Assembly (NCBI GenBank): GCA_965116875.1
Contig: OZ220733.1
Location: 3,744,001 to 3,808,000, forward strand
Origin: Candidatus Latescibacterota bacterium
GTDB lineage: Bacteria > Latescibacterota > UBA2968 > GCA-2709665
DNA length: 64,000 nucleotides
Reading direction: 5' to 3'
This document shows, in pieces, positions 30,133 through 40,452 of the stretch. Within the stretch, counting starts at the first letter, position 1. The number at the start of each line of letters is the position of its first letter. The notes beneath the pieces were generated by a model, which made no database searches, had not been told where the DNA came from, and was given only the letters and a program-made list of their open reading frames with translations. The position numbers were made by a program, and so were the translations under genes.

Positions 30133-32109
30133 ATGAAAAATACCCGCGCGATCATTTTCGATCTGGACGGAACGCTCTTCGACCTGGATCCGCTGGTTCA
30201 GGCCGCACGCGAACGGGTCGCGCGTCATCTGTACGCCCACGGGTTCTTTGCCTCCGAATCCTACGCTCTCAGCCGGATCAACGAACTGGAACTGCGGCAC
30301 GGTCCATATTACTCCTCATCTCCGTACTATTTTGCCTTCTACGACATCGCGAAGGCCCTCCTGCGCGACAAGCCCGATCGCCTCGTCGACCATCTCAACA
30401 GACAGCGCCCCAATCACCGAAGCCCGGAAGACGCCGATTCCGTCGAAGCCTTCGTTGCCGAGCTCGAATACGTCTACAACAGCGAGGCCGTTGAAGACGT
30501 CAGGCTCTTTCCGGGAGCCGTCCAGACCCTGCAGGAACTTCGCGATGCGGGATGCCTGCTCTTCCTGGTGACATTCGGAAGGACGCTTCGGCAGAAAAAC
30601 AAGATCGACCTTCTGAACATCGCTCCCTATTTCCACACGATCGTCAACGAAGGTCCTCCTTCTCACGACTACTGGTTCGCCGAACTCATCAAGGCTCACA
30701 AACTCTCGCCGGAGGAAGTCGTCTGTGTGGGCGACCGTGCCCAGGATGAGATCCGGGCGGGCAACCGTCTCGGATGCACGACGGTCTGGATGCGCCGCGG
30801 GAGATACGCCGAGGAAGAACCCGGCGAGGGCGACCGTCCAACCCATCAGATCCGCCTCCTTCCTCAGTTGTCCACCCTGATCCATCTGGCACGACTGGAC
30901 AAGGACCGGCGCCGGCTCAAAGTGGCCGCGCTGGGCGGCGGCACCGGTCTCCCTATCGTGCTGCGGGGGATCCAGACCTATACCGACAGCCCCGCGGCTG
31001 TGGTTGCGGTTACGGACACCGGGGCTTCCTCAGGTCGCATCCGCTGGAATCTGGGCGTGCAGCCGCCCGGGGACATCCGCAACGCGTTGACCGCGCTTGC
31101 CGATCGACGTCGGGTCTCCTCCGGGCTGATCCGGGTCTTTCAACACCGGTTTCCGGACAGCGAACGGGAAGCCGGGATCTTCCGAAACGACAATATCGGC
31201 AACTTCCTGATTGCCGCGCTGACCCAGCAACTCGGCGATTTTCAGATTGCCATCCAGACAGCCGGCGATATGCTGCGCATACGCGGTGAGGTCTTTCCCG
31301 CCACCAACCAGAACGTGGACATATGCGCCGAACTCGAAAACGGCGAACAGCGGTACACCGAGTGGATGGTACGCAAAACCGGCAAATCTCCGTTGAAGTA
31401 CGCCTACCTCGTCGCCAACAGCGACATCCTCACGGAGCTGCAACAACCGGACGGGGCGCTGTACCGCGAAGACGACTCGAAAACAGGCCAGGTCGAGGTC
31501 TACGCAAGAGCTGAAAGCGACTTCCGTCCGGCCAGGAACGAAGCCCGCGCGCCTCGCGGAGCCGTGCAGGCCATTGCGGACGCGGACATTGTGGTTCTCG
31601 GCCCCGGCAGCCTCTTCACGAGTGTAATTACGAACCTGCTCGTACCGGACATCAGGCGCACACTGTCCGCCCGAAACCACGGAAAGGTCTTCTACGTCTG
31701 CAATATCGTGACCCAGCCGGGCCAGACAGACGGATTCGGCGCTTCGGATCACCTGCAGGCAATCCTGCGGCACTTCCCTGAACGAGACAGCGGCTTCCTG
31801 GATCACATGATTGTCCAGGATCCGGACGCATTCCACAGGCCGGGCGGGCGAAAGTGGCGGCAGGTGCTGAATGCCTACCTTCGGGATGGCAAGGAACCCG
31901 TTTCGTGCGATCCGGAGGCGATCCGCCGTCTTGTGGCGTGCACGGTTACGGATCTTCTCGAGGACTACACGTCCGAAGTGAAGAGTCGCAGCGCGGGCGA
32001 TTTTATCAGCCACAATCCCGACCGGGTGGCCGACGCCGTCTGCCGGATCTATTGCGGGCTGGAAGTGCCTGACTACGGGGAGCCGGATAATGGCGCGGCG
32101 CAAGATTGA
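30133..32109 (+). CDS. HAD hydrolase fused to a YvcK/CofD-like (UPF0052) domain
   Basis: N-terminal FDLDGT...VGDRAQDEIRAG; C-terminal LGGGTG, DTGASSG, PPGDIRN, GPGSLFTS, NIVTQPGQT; single uninterrupted frame. Confidence 0.85.
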   Translation: MKNTRAIIFDLDGTLFDLDPLVQAARERVARHLYAHGFFASESYALSRINELELRHGPYYSSSPYYFAFYDIAKALLRDKPDRLVDHLNRQRPNHRSPEDADSVEAFVAELEYVYNSEAVEDVRLFPGAVQTLQELRDAGCLLFLVTFGRTLRQKNKIDLLNIAPYFHTIVNEGPPSHDYWFAELIKAHKLSPEEVVCVGDRAQDEIRAGNRLGCTTVWMRRGRYAEEEPGEGDRPTHQIRLLPQLSTLIHLARLDKDRRRLKVAALGGGTGLPIVLRGIQTYTDSPAAVVAVTDTGASSGRIRWNLGVQPPGDIRNALTALADRRRVSSGLIRVFQHRFPDSEREAGIFRNDNIGNFLIAALTQQLGDFQIAIQTAGDMLRIRGEVFPATNQNVDICAELENGEQRYTEWMVRKTGKSPLKYAYLVANSDILTELQQPDGALYREDDSKTGQVEVYARAESDFRPARNEARAPRGAVQAIADADIVVLGPGSLFTSVITNLLVPDIRRTLSARNHGKVFYVCNIVTQPGQTDGFGASDHLQAILRHFPERDSGFLDHMIVQDPDAFHRPGGRKWRQVLNAYLRDGKEPVSCDPEAIRRLVACTVTDLLEDYTSEVKSRSAGDFISHNPDRVADAVCRIYCGLEVPDYGEPDNGAAQD

Positions 32110-32782
32110 TGCCGTCATCTTCGACCTGGACGACACGCTGTTCGATTGCACGGGGCAGCTGACCGAACCGGCGCGCCGCAGGGCGGCTGAAACGCTTGGC
32201 GCGGCCATTCCCGATTCAGACGTGACGGCCCTGCAACGCCTTCAGGCGGAACTCGCCGACCGTTTGAGTTCCGCCGATACCATCCGGGAAATCGCCCATC
32301 GCCACAAATTGCCGGATGAAGAGGTGGAAAGCGCGCTTTCTGCGTACAATCGGGACCAGGTGGAAGACATTGCGCCCTTTCCGGATGCGCTTGCAACGCT
32401 GGACGAACTGTCGGCCAGGCATTATCGGCTGTGCCTCGTGACTACCGGCCGACCGGAAAGGCAGCGCCGGAAGGTAGACCTCCTGGGCCTTCGCGGCCAT
32501 TTCACCGAGGAATCAGGCACGCTCATCCTCCACGACGATCGGGAGGTCCCCGCAAAAGACGAGGCGCTTCATCGGGCGGCCCGGCGCCTCAGCCCTTCAC
32601 CCTGCCGGATCCTTTCGGTGGGGGACAAGCTGAACTCGGAAATCGCCGCGTCGAAGCGCCTGGGCATGCGCACGGCGCGCCTGTGTTTCGGCAGACAGAA
32701 AAACCAGCGTCCCCGAACCGCCGAGGAACGTCCTGATCACGTACTGAACCGCCTGTCCGACCTGCTGGACCTGCTGCCATGA
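32090..32782 (+). CDS. HAD family hydrolase
   Basis: FDLDDTL, VTTG, K, VGDKLNSEI; overlaps the previous gene by 20 nt. Confidence 0.85.
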   Translation: MARRKIDAVIFDLDDTLFDCTGQLTEPARRRAAETLGAAIPDSDVTALQRLQAELADRLSSADTIREIAHRHKLPDEEVESALSAYNRDQVEDIAPFPDALATLDELSARHYRLCLVTTGRPERQRRKVDLLGLRGHFTEESGTLILHDDREVPAKDEALHRAARRLSPSPCRILSVGDKLNSEIAASKRLGMRTARLCFGRQKNQRPRTAEERPDHVLNRLSDLLDLLP

Positions 32783-32795
32783 AAAGAACGCGGGG

Positions 32796-33581
32796 TTACG
32801 CGGATTCCGGTTCGAAATCCACGGCTATCCGGTCGCCCCGTTTCAACCCCAGGTTCCGCGCGGCATTCCCTCCGTTTATCGCAATCTCCAGCGTATTATC
32901 GCTTCCGAACAGGGCCAGTGACCTGCCCTCCGGAACGTCGGCGTACGTGCGGCAGATCCGGTCGAACACGAGCTCTCCTGCACGTACGCGAACACCTTCG
33001 TACTCCATGCGGCGTTTTTCGATATTGCTGATCGCATTCCCGAAACGGTCCACGTGGACGATCCAGCCGATAACGGCGTTGTCCCGTTCCTGAACCGACC
33101 AGAGATTGAGTCGGACGGGATCGGCGATCCGGGGCCCTAGTTCGGCCGACGGTACGCCGTTGCACAGATGGGCTGCGACCGGGCCGAAGATATCCCGGCC
33201 GTGAAAGGTGGGGCTCACCTCAGACCTGAAATGCGCCGCATTGCGAATCTCTACGGCGTTCCAGGTCGATTCCCGCTGGAGCACTGCGCTGAACAATCCG
33301 TTGTCCGGCCCGACAAACCGGTACTCCGGCGTTTCCACCAGGATTGCGCGGCGGGCGCTTCCCACGCCCGGGTCCACAACCGCGAGATGGACCGAACCCG
33401 CCGGAAAACAGCGGTATGCGCGGGACAGGATAAATGCGCCGGACGCCACGTCCTGCGGCGGGACCTGATGGGAGACGTCCACCAGCGAGACGTCCGGGGC
33501 GATCGAGAGGATCGCACCCTTCATCGCGGCCACGTACGCGTCGTGAAGCCCGAAGTCCGTTGTCAGTGTGATCAGGGCCAA
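32796..33581 (-). CDS. SAM hydroxide adenosyltransferase (DUF62 family)
   Basis: LTTDFG, VVDPGVGSARR, GPDNG, TFHGRDIF, VDRFGN; TTG start with GGAGG RBS. Confidence 0.9.
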   Translation of the reverse strand: MALITLTTDFGLHDAYVAAMKGAILSIAPDVSLVDVSHQVPPQDVASGAFILSRAYRCFPAGSVHLAVVDPGVGSARRAILVETPEYRFVGPDNGLFSAVLQRESTWNAVEIRNAAHFRSEVSPTFHGRDIFGPVAAHLCNGVPSAELGPRIADPVRLNLWSVQERDNAVIGWIVHVDRFGNAISNIEKRRMEYEGVRVRAGELVFDRICRTYADVPEGRSLALFGSDNTLEIAINGGNAARNLGLKRGDRIAVDFEPESA

Positions 33582-34119
33582 AACCCACCTCCACACCTGA
33601 ACCTCCGGCCCAATTCCTGGTGAGACGGAAAAAGGGAGAAGGGAGGGGAAAAAATAAATAGGCGGGGAGACGGGAGAGGGGAGACGGAAGAAGGAATCTT
33701 TGCCAATTCGTTTCTCCTCAATGCCTCCAGCATGAATTGAAACCAAACGAGGCGGGTCATCTCTAACCTCTACCGTCTACCGTCTTCCCGAATTTTATCT
33801 ACCGTCTACCCGCATTCGGGTTTTTTGCGGTCAATCTGACTGTTGTCTTTTTTCGAATTGCGGATGGGTACCGACGTCCACAATATAACGCATGTCACGC
33901 CGTCTCAGGAAACAGGTTTCAATCCCGTCCTGCCAGCCGACCTGGATCTTATTACGGGGGTCATATGATAGTTTACATCCACGTATACTGACGTACGGGG
34001 GATAGACGTCGATCATTCGCCACTTTTGGTAACAAACGCTATTCTCAGGTCACATGTGCACGCTACCTCGCCGTCTCATTGTGTCGATGATTTGACGCTC
34101 CCCGTTATCATACAGCGTC

Positions 34120-34809
34120 TCAGAACAGGTCCGCTTCCTTCATGCTCAGGAACCGCTCGGCCCCCAGGATGATGTGGTCCAGGACTTCGATTCCCATGAT
34201 TTCGCCGGCCTGCACCATCCGCCGGGTCAATTCAATGTCCTCCCGGCTGGGTGTCACGTCGCCGGAAGGGTGGTTGTGCGCGAGGATGACGCTGGCCGCA
34301 CTGGTGCCTACAGCCGGAAAAAACACCTCGCGAGGATGAACCAGCGACGCGTTCAGCGATCCCACCGATACCTCTTCCCTGCAGATGACCTGATTCCGGG
34401 CATTCAGAAAGACCGCCACGAAGTGTTCCTTTCGCCGGTCCTTGAATTCCGACAACAGGCCAACCACGTCGGCCGGTTTCGTGATGGAGGGTTCAATGCC
34501 CATCCCCTGGTTCAACGCCCGCCTTGACAGTTCGAACCCGGAGACAAGGCCCGCGGCCTTCGCGCGACCGATGCCCTTGATCGCCGTCAGTTCCGCGAGA
34601 CCCATCGCCAAGAGCGCCTGCGGCGAATGCTGTTTCAGAATCTCACCGGCAACCTCCAGCACATTCTTGCCTTCATACCCCGTCCGCAGCAGAACCGCCA
34701 GCAATTCGTCGTTTCTCAGCGCTTCGGCGCCGAGCCGTCCCAGTTTCTCGCGAGGAAGGTCCACGTCCGCTACGCCGTCGATTCCCCGGCCTCGTGTCAG
34801 TATTTCCAT
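34120..34809 (-). CDS. radC: RadC (UPF0758) JAB domain protein
   Basis: PREKL, ELLAVLLRTG, HhH GIGRAKA, VHPREVF, AHNHPSG, LDHII. Confidence 0.93.
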   Translation of the reverse strand: MEILTRGRGIDGVADVDLPREKLGRLGAEALRNDELLAVLLRTGYEGKNVLEVAGEILKQHSPQALLAMGLAELTAIKGIGRAKAAGLVSGFELSRRALNQGMGIEPSITKPADVVGLLSEFKDRRKEHFVAVFLNARNQVICREEVSVGSLNASLVHPREVFFPAVGTSAASVILAHNHPSGDVTPSREDIELTRRMVQAGEIMGIEVLDHIILGAERFLSMKEADLF

Positions 34810-35356
34810 ATTGTCGTATTCCCGGTTGAAGTGAACCGATGAAAAGCTGTCAGCGTTGGCACCGCCCATCCAGCACCACCGGTGTAAGACGTTAGACGGT
34901 AGACGGAAGATGACCACCCCGGGTATGCGGGACACCGATATGGCATCGAGAAATGTACTCGCGACTTACCGGATCTTGTCGGGCCGAATCTTGAATCGCC
35001 CGTCTGTCCGCGTGGAGACGACCACTTTCTGTAACTCGCGGCCCAATAGAGACACCGACCGTAACGCGAACTGTCCGTTCGCGTGCTGTGAAAGGTAAGC
35101 AAACGCCGTTCCTATAGAACAACAGATGGCAGTTACCAGATAAAACGCTGCGCCCCGCGGCATCGCCGATCCAATCTGCCGGCGCGTCCCATACAATCTG
35201 TTCAAAGCTGTCAATTCGAAGGGAAAGATCCGTCCTAACCAGCGTTGGACGCGAGAATCGGATGTTCTGAAAAATATCCGGAATACGCCGACCCATTTGG
35301 TTATATTTCAAACCACGCATTCCTGGACTGAAATCGAACGACCTGGGGGTCAGACA

Positions 35357-36460
35357 GTGGATACCGCACAGTCGGTGGGCCTGTTCGAAAAGAACTGGTT
35401 CCTGCGGCACGAAGAGAAACTGGTACTAACGGTCGTGGAGCAGCAGTTCATCGAGGCATCGATGGGGCCGGCGCCGAAGCGCTGGGACGGAGACCCCGAT
35501 ATCGAGCGGATGACTGAAATCCTCTCCGTCGAGTCAGGGGTGCTCGAGCGCATCGGCGCCCGGTTGTTACAGGTGCTGATCGGTATGAGGGGGTGCGGTT
35601 CTGCGGTTACGTTCCTCCTGGAACGAGGCGTGCCGCTCGAGATTGACGGTTCGTCCTACAATGTGCTGCACGAGGCGGCGTGGGGAGGGATGGTCGATAC
35701 GCTGCGGGCGGTCTTCGAATCGGGCGCGGCGGACGCGACGTGCGTATCGGTAAAGAAACCGCACGTGGGGTGGCCCGATAACCTCTCCCTCATGTACTGG
35801 GCGGCCTCCGGGGGGTATCCGGATTGCGCACGCCTCTTCATTCAGTACGGCGCCGGCGTTCACCACGAACTTCCGATCAAGGGAAACGGCGAGCGGGGAA
35901 CGACCTCGCTTCAGGAGGCCGCCGCGTCGAGTCCCGGTGGGAAGGATGGATCGTGGCAGGAAGGCGGGCTGGCGGTTGCGCGGATTCTCATCGAAGACGG
36001 GGCTCACTACGACGTGTACACCGCGTGCGCGCTCGACGACGCCGCGCGTCTGAAGGAACTCATCGACCGGAACGCCGAGGTCGTAAACGCTGCCGAGGAC
36101 TATGGCATGACGCCGCTGCATTGGGCCGTGCGTGCCGGGTCGAAGGCGTGTACGGAGATATTGCTGGCCTGCGGCGTCCACGTCGACGCGTTGAACAAGG
36201 CGCGACGCACGCCGATGCAGCTTGCAGCCGAAGGCGATAGGGCGGAGACGATACGGCTGCTCGCGAAGCACGGTGCCGATCTCAACACGCAGGATAGGAA
36301 AGGCCGCACCCCGCTCCATCGCGCGATGTACGAGGGTCGGGTCGCCGCAGCCGAGGCACTGCTCGAAGCCGGCGCCGATCCGACGGTTCTCAACAAGAAC
36401 GGGAAGACCGCGTTTGAGATTGCCAGGAAGGACGCGAAGAGATACAGAAAGCGGGCCTGA
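35357..36460 (+). CDS. Ankyrin repeat protein
   Basis: GMTPLHWA, RTPMQLAA, GRTPLHRA, GKTAFEIA; start uncertain (GTG at 35357). Confidence 0.85.
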   Translation: MDTAQSVGLFEKNWFLRHEEKLVLTVVEQQFIEASMGPAPKRWDGDPDIERMTEILSVESGVLERIGARLLQVLIGMRGCGSAVTFLLERGVPLEIDGSSYNVLHEAAWGGMVDTLRAVFESGAADATCVSVKKPHVGWPDNLSLMYWAASGGYPDCARLFIQYGAGVHHELPIKGNGERGTTSLQEAAASSPGGKDGSWQEGGLAVARILIEDGAHYDVYTACALDDAARLKELIDRNAEVVNAAEDYGMTPLHWAVRAGSKACTEILLACGVHVDALNKARRTPMQLAAEGDRAETIRLLAKHGADLNTQDRKGRTPLHRAMYEGRVAAAEALLEAGADPTVLNKNGKTAFEIARKDAKRYRKRA

Positions 36461-36678
36461 GTCTGACCAATCCAGAATAGGGGACTCCCCTGAGTTGCCA
36501 TCGAAAGCGGGACCCGACAGATGAATTGAGGATATCAAGACTTCAATCTGATGTTGCCGATTGGGATTTTATTCGAAGAATGCTAAATAGGTCGGATTCA
36601 AGATGGGGATCTTTGGAGCCTCTGAATAGGTTCGCCTTTTGCAGTGGTTTATTCAGAATTCGAACCCGGGCACGCCCA

Positions 36679-38112
36679 ATGAGAAATCAGAAACTGAAGC
36701 GACCGTACAAATTCACCCTTAACTTTCTCCTTCTTCAAGGGTGCGTTTTTGTATTTGTCGTTCTTGTCACGTGTGCTCTGGCCATCGGTCAATTCTTGGA
36801 AGTCATCGCACAGCACCCTTGGTTCAGCGTGGTTGTCATTTCCGTGTGGGTGGCCGCGGTATCAGCAGGGTTATTCGTACTTATATTCAATCTGTGCCCT
36901 GTAAAGAAAATACTGGCGTCCGAGTCGAATGCTTACCGAACGGTCCTGGAAGAATTCACTCGTTCCCTCTCCTTAATTACGGATTTCGATGGCTTGCTTG
37001 ACAACCAGATCCGCAAGATTGGGATTCTAACCGATTCCGAACGTCTGTGCATTCTCGTTGCGAGTGAAAGTGGTGAAGATTATACACTCAGGACGAGCCG
37101 CGGATACTTGAAGGCCGACGTAGATGGCATAGCGCTACAGCACCGTGGAGACCTCGTGAGGTGGCTACATACAAACGAGACGCATTTGATTCCTTCGGAG
37201 AATCGTGGGCTCATCGCAAATTTACCTCCTGCGGAACGTGAACTCCTGAACCGGCTAAACGTCACGGGAATCCTCCCATTGGTCACTTTGAACCGGCTAG
37301 TGGGAGTCGTCTTCATCTCTAAGGATAACACCTTGACGCCCGATCAGATCGAAACGGTGCGCTGGTTCACCCCTCAAGTTGCACTTGCCATTGCAAATGC
37401 TATTCTTTACGAACAACAGCGGCTCAGGATGAGTAGCCTGTACCGAACCGAACGCCTCGCGATCACCGGTCAGCTTGCGGCTGGCGCCGCCCACGAAATT
37501 CGCAATCCGCTAGCATCCATACGTAGTACGATACAGTATTTGAGGGGTCGCCTATCTAGTGATTCCGAATCCGCGGATATGATGGGTATGCTAGTTAATG
37601 AGGCGGACCGGATCGAAACCATTGTAAAGGGGATGTTGTCGTTCGCCAGACCGGAGGAACCCAAACTGGAAGTCACCAATCTGACCGAGGTCGCGACACA
37701 GGTCGTCAGCCTCCTCGAACCAACGGCCCACAAGGCTAAGGTGAAAATGGAGACCCACTTCCCACATCAAACCGCCGAGATCTTGGCGGATAAGAATCAA
37801 TTGGGCCAGGTGTTTCTAAACATCCTCCTAAACGCTGTACAAGCCATGCCCGAGGGTGGCTTGCTGTCCATCCGTGTGGCTGCACGGGGTTCCGCAGGTA
37901 TCGATGGATGGCAAGTGGAAGTTGTCGATACTGGCAGCGGTATTCCCGACGAGCAACTTGAGAGTATTTTCGACCCCTTTTACACTACAAAAAAGAAAGG
38001 CACCGGTCTCGGGCTTTCGATCTCACATTCAATCATACGTAGCCACGGTGGAAGAATAGACGTCGAAAGCGCGGTCGGCAAAGGCACCCGTGTAATAGTC
38101 AGATTCTCTTAA
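36679..38112 (+). CDS. Sensor histidine kinase (2 TM + GAF + HisKA/HATPase)
   Basis: AAHEIRNPL H-box, QVFLNILLNAVQA N-box, DTGSGI, FDPFYTTK, GTGLGL. Confidence 0.92.
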   Translation: MRNQKLKRPYKFTLNFLLLQGCVFVFVVLVTCALAIGQFLEVIAQHPWFSVVVISVWVAAVSAGLFVLIFNLCPVKKILASESNAYRTVLEEFTRSLSLITDFDGLLDNQIRKIGILTDSERLCILVASESGEDYTLRTSRGYLKADVDGIALQHRGDLVRWLHTNETHLIPSENRGLIANLPPAERELLNRLNVTGILPLVTLNRLVGVVFISKDNTLTPDQIETVRWFTPQVALAIANAILYEQQRLRMSSLYRTERLAITGQLAAGAAHEIRNPLASIRSTIQYLRGRLSSDSESADMMGMLVNEADRIETIVKGMLSFARPEEPKLEVTNLTEVATQVVSLLEPTAHKAKVKMETHFPHQTAEILADKNQLGQVFLNILLNAVQAMPEGGLLSIRVAARGSAGIDGWQVEVVDTGSGIPDEQLESIFDPFYTTKKKGTGLGLSISHSIIRSHGGRIDVESAVGKGTRVIVRFS

Positions 38113-38503
38113 GACTTAACCGTGATACTACAAGACCGGATTGCCTGGTTGGTCGGGTTAGATCGCTACGTTACCGGGAAGAATTGCCATACCGTCGAAC
38201 CACGGAACGTGACCAGTCTCCATGCTTCGCTCATTTCCGTTGATTTCAAAAATCGTGGATCTGCGAGATTTATTCGAGGTTGAACTTCCGGGCAAATTGC
38301 AGCGAACATCCACGAGTCTTGTCAGACCAAGATTAGCCGGTACGAGTATTGCGTAGATAAAATGAGTGTGGCGAACCACGAGAACGTGTGGATCATTCAA
38401 TTTTGCCGGCACCGAGCCAGCTGGATATGCCAGAATTCGCTACAATTCGCTTTGTGTTTCTGCGTGCCAAGAGTGAGAAAAACTGTACAGACGGGGGCGA
38501 ATT

Positions 38504-39880
38504 ATGCAACGAGTGTTAGTCGTGGACGACGAAGCCACAATGCGCAGCATACTATTCCGCATACTCACAGAACGAGGTTACGAAGTAGTCGCAGCTCACT
38601 CCGGCGAAAAGGGCCTTGAATTCGCTCAAGAATTCTTGCCCGATGTCGTTGTCATGGACCAGAATCTGCCGGGGATATCCGGCCAGAACGCTACACAGAA
38701 GATAATCGAAATTGTACCAGGCGTAAAAGTCATAATGGTCACGGCGTTTGGTGAAATTGAAAAGGCAGTAGACGCCATGCGGCGAGGTGCTTATGACTAT
38801 CTTACCAAACCCTTCGATAACGATGAGTTTCTGCTTCGAGTCCAGCGTGCCTGCGAGGCCCGGCGTTTGGCCCTTGAAGTGCTGACCCTTCGCGAAGCTC
38901 TCGGTGAACGCCATTCGTTTGATCGAATACTTGGAAATAGTGAATCGTTGCGCGCTGCATTACATCTGGCCAGACGAGCGGCTCAAACCGAAATCTCGGT
39001 TTTAATTGAAGGTGAAAGTGGTTCCGGGAAAGAGCCGTTAGCCCGCGCAATTCACCATGCGAGCTCGCGTTGTAATGGTCCATTTCTACCCGTCAACTGT
39101 GCTGCTGTTCCCACGGACATCGCCGAAAGCCAGTTCTTTGGTCACGAAAAGGGTGCCTTTACTGATGCCAAAAACACCCACATCGGATTGTTTGAACAGG
39201 CCAACAACGGTACCCTCTTCCTTGACGAAGTGGCAGAAATGCCGCTGCGACTCCAGGCCAAACTACTGCGAGCTCTGGAGGATGGCCAAATCACCCGTTT
39301 AGGTGCCAGGTCGGCGGTTCGGATAAACTCGCGTGTAATCGCGGCCACCAATCGAGTCGTCGACGATGCTATCAGGGACGGGCTTCTGCGGCAGGACCTA
39401 TACCACCGCCTTGCCGTCGTAATCATCCACGTTCCACCTCTACGAGAACGCAAAGAGGACATCTCGCTGCTAGCCCGTCATTTTTTGGGCAATTTCAATG
39501 ATGAATCGACAACGAGCCCTTTCGAATTTTCTGACGACGCGCTGGCTGCCCTGGAAGCTTACACCTGGCCTGGCAATATCCGGGAACTTCGCAACGTCGT
39601 CCAGGGTGCCGCCATAATGGCCGAAGGAGATATAATCCGTTGTTGTGACCTACCGCGCAAAGTACGGACCGCTACAGACGGGGGCCCGACGGCCACAGAA
39701 TTAAACCCATCGATCTCAGTTGATGAACCCACCCTGGCCGCCGCCACGGCAACGCTGGAACGCAAACTCATCGCCCAAGCATTGGCCACGAACAATGGCA
39801 ACAGAACCCGATCGGCAAAACGCCTCGGCATAAACCGCAAGACTCTCCTTTCAAAGATTGTGCAATACGGCCTCGAATAG
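38504..39880 (+). CDS. sigma54-dependent response regulator (NtrC/AtoC family)
   Basis: REC domain (VVDDE, MD, KPF), GESGSGKE, GAFTDA, LFLDEV, WPGNIREL, Fis-type HTH. Confidence 0.95.
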   Translation: MQRVLVVDDEATMRSILFRILTERGYEVVAAHSGEKGLEFAQEFLPDVVVMDQNLPGISGQNATQKIIEIVPGVKVIMVTAFGEIEKAVDAMRRGAYDYLTKPFDNDEFLLRVQRACEARRLALEVLTLREALGERHSFDRILGNSESLRAALHLARRAAQTEISVLIEGESGSGKEPLARAIHHASSRCNGPFLPVNCAAVPTDIAESQFFGHEKGAFTDAKNTHIGLFEQANNGTLFLDEVAEMPLRLQAKLLRALEDGQITRLGARSAVRINSRVIAATNRVVDDAIRDGLLRQDLYHRLAVVIIHVPPLRERKEDISLLARHFLGNFNDESTTSPFEFSDDALAALEAYTWPGNIRELRNVVQGAAIMAEGDIIRCCDLPRKVRTATDGGPTATELNPSISVDEPTLAAATATLERKLIAQALATNNGNRTRSAKRLGINRKTLLSKIVQYGLE

Positions 39881-39986
39881 GCACGACTGCGGCGCCGCTC
39901 CCCGCCTCTGAGTATTTACACCTCACTTACTGGCATTACGCGTCTGGCTTTCTCCATTCATCAACTCGCGAAATCTCCAATTTCAG

Positions 39987-40012
39987 CGTTGAGAAATCCC
40001 TTTTTCTCAACG
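39987..40012. promoter_or_regulatory. 10-bp perfect inverted repeat (terminator or activator site)
   Basis: CGTTGAGAAA-TCCCTT-TTTCTCAACG, about 35 nt upstream of the -24 box. Confidence 0.4.
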
Positions 40013-40046
40013 AATTGTTCGAACATAAATTCTGATGCAATTCGTG

Positions 40047-40062
40047 TGGCATGGTACTTGCT
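40047..40062 (+). promoter_or_regulatory. sigma54 -24/-12 promoter
   Basis: TGGCATGGTACTTGCT matches TGGCAC-N5-TTGCW with exact GG-N10-GC spacing, just downstream of the activator gene. Confidence 0.8.
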
Positions 40063-40452
40063 TCACGCATGTATTCGCTTTCTTAGAATGCCTAGGAAAG
40101 ATACCTTTCGAAAACTATAGAAGTTCCCCGGGTGCCTATAACAGGGCCGTAGGGCGCTCGGAAGATCAGCCGGATGTTAAGCGTGAGTCGCGTGTATGTC
40201 GATCTACGTTGGTGTTCTCTGAGTGCAGTGGACGGGATGAAAATTGCATGATTATGAGAACGATCAGATTGCTGCTTGAGACGACACAAAAGGTCCCTGG
40301 CCTTCGCTATGGCTGCGTTTAGCTTGTGGTACTAAGGCTCCGGATCGACCGGGGGTCTCAAAGAGTCTGAGAGTTCCGGGTATATTTGATAGCCTCCTTG
40401 ATGTGATCCGCGCAAAGCTCACAGAAACGAAGGCTCCGAATTCGGAGGATGA

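Noticed and set aside
32796-33581. SAM-dependent fluorinase/chlorinase
   Set aside because: Retains TFHGRD His and the DPGVG..R Arg of the DUF62 hydrolase Asp-Arg-His triad; no halometabolite cluster nearby
33831-34016. 61-aa ORF downstream of radC
   Set aside because: No RBS or recognisable motif and atypical codon usage; cannot be supported
33755-34920. radC as part of a transposon or prophage bounded by inverted repeats
   Set aside because: The arms are low-complexity heptamer arrays also found elsewhere; radC is the full-length chromosomal type and no recombinase is present
40035-40452. Precursor or cargo peptide after the sigma54 promoter
   Set aside because: Only short ORFs without a good RBS, double-glycine leader or signal peptide; the 95-aa ORF starts upstream of the promoter
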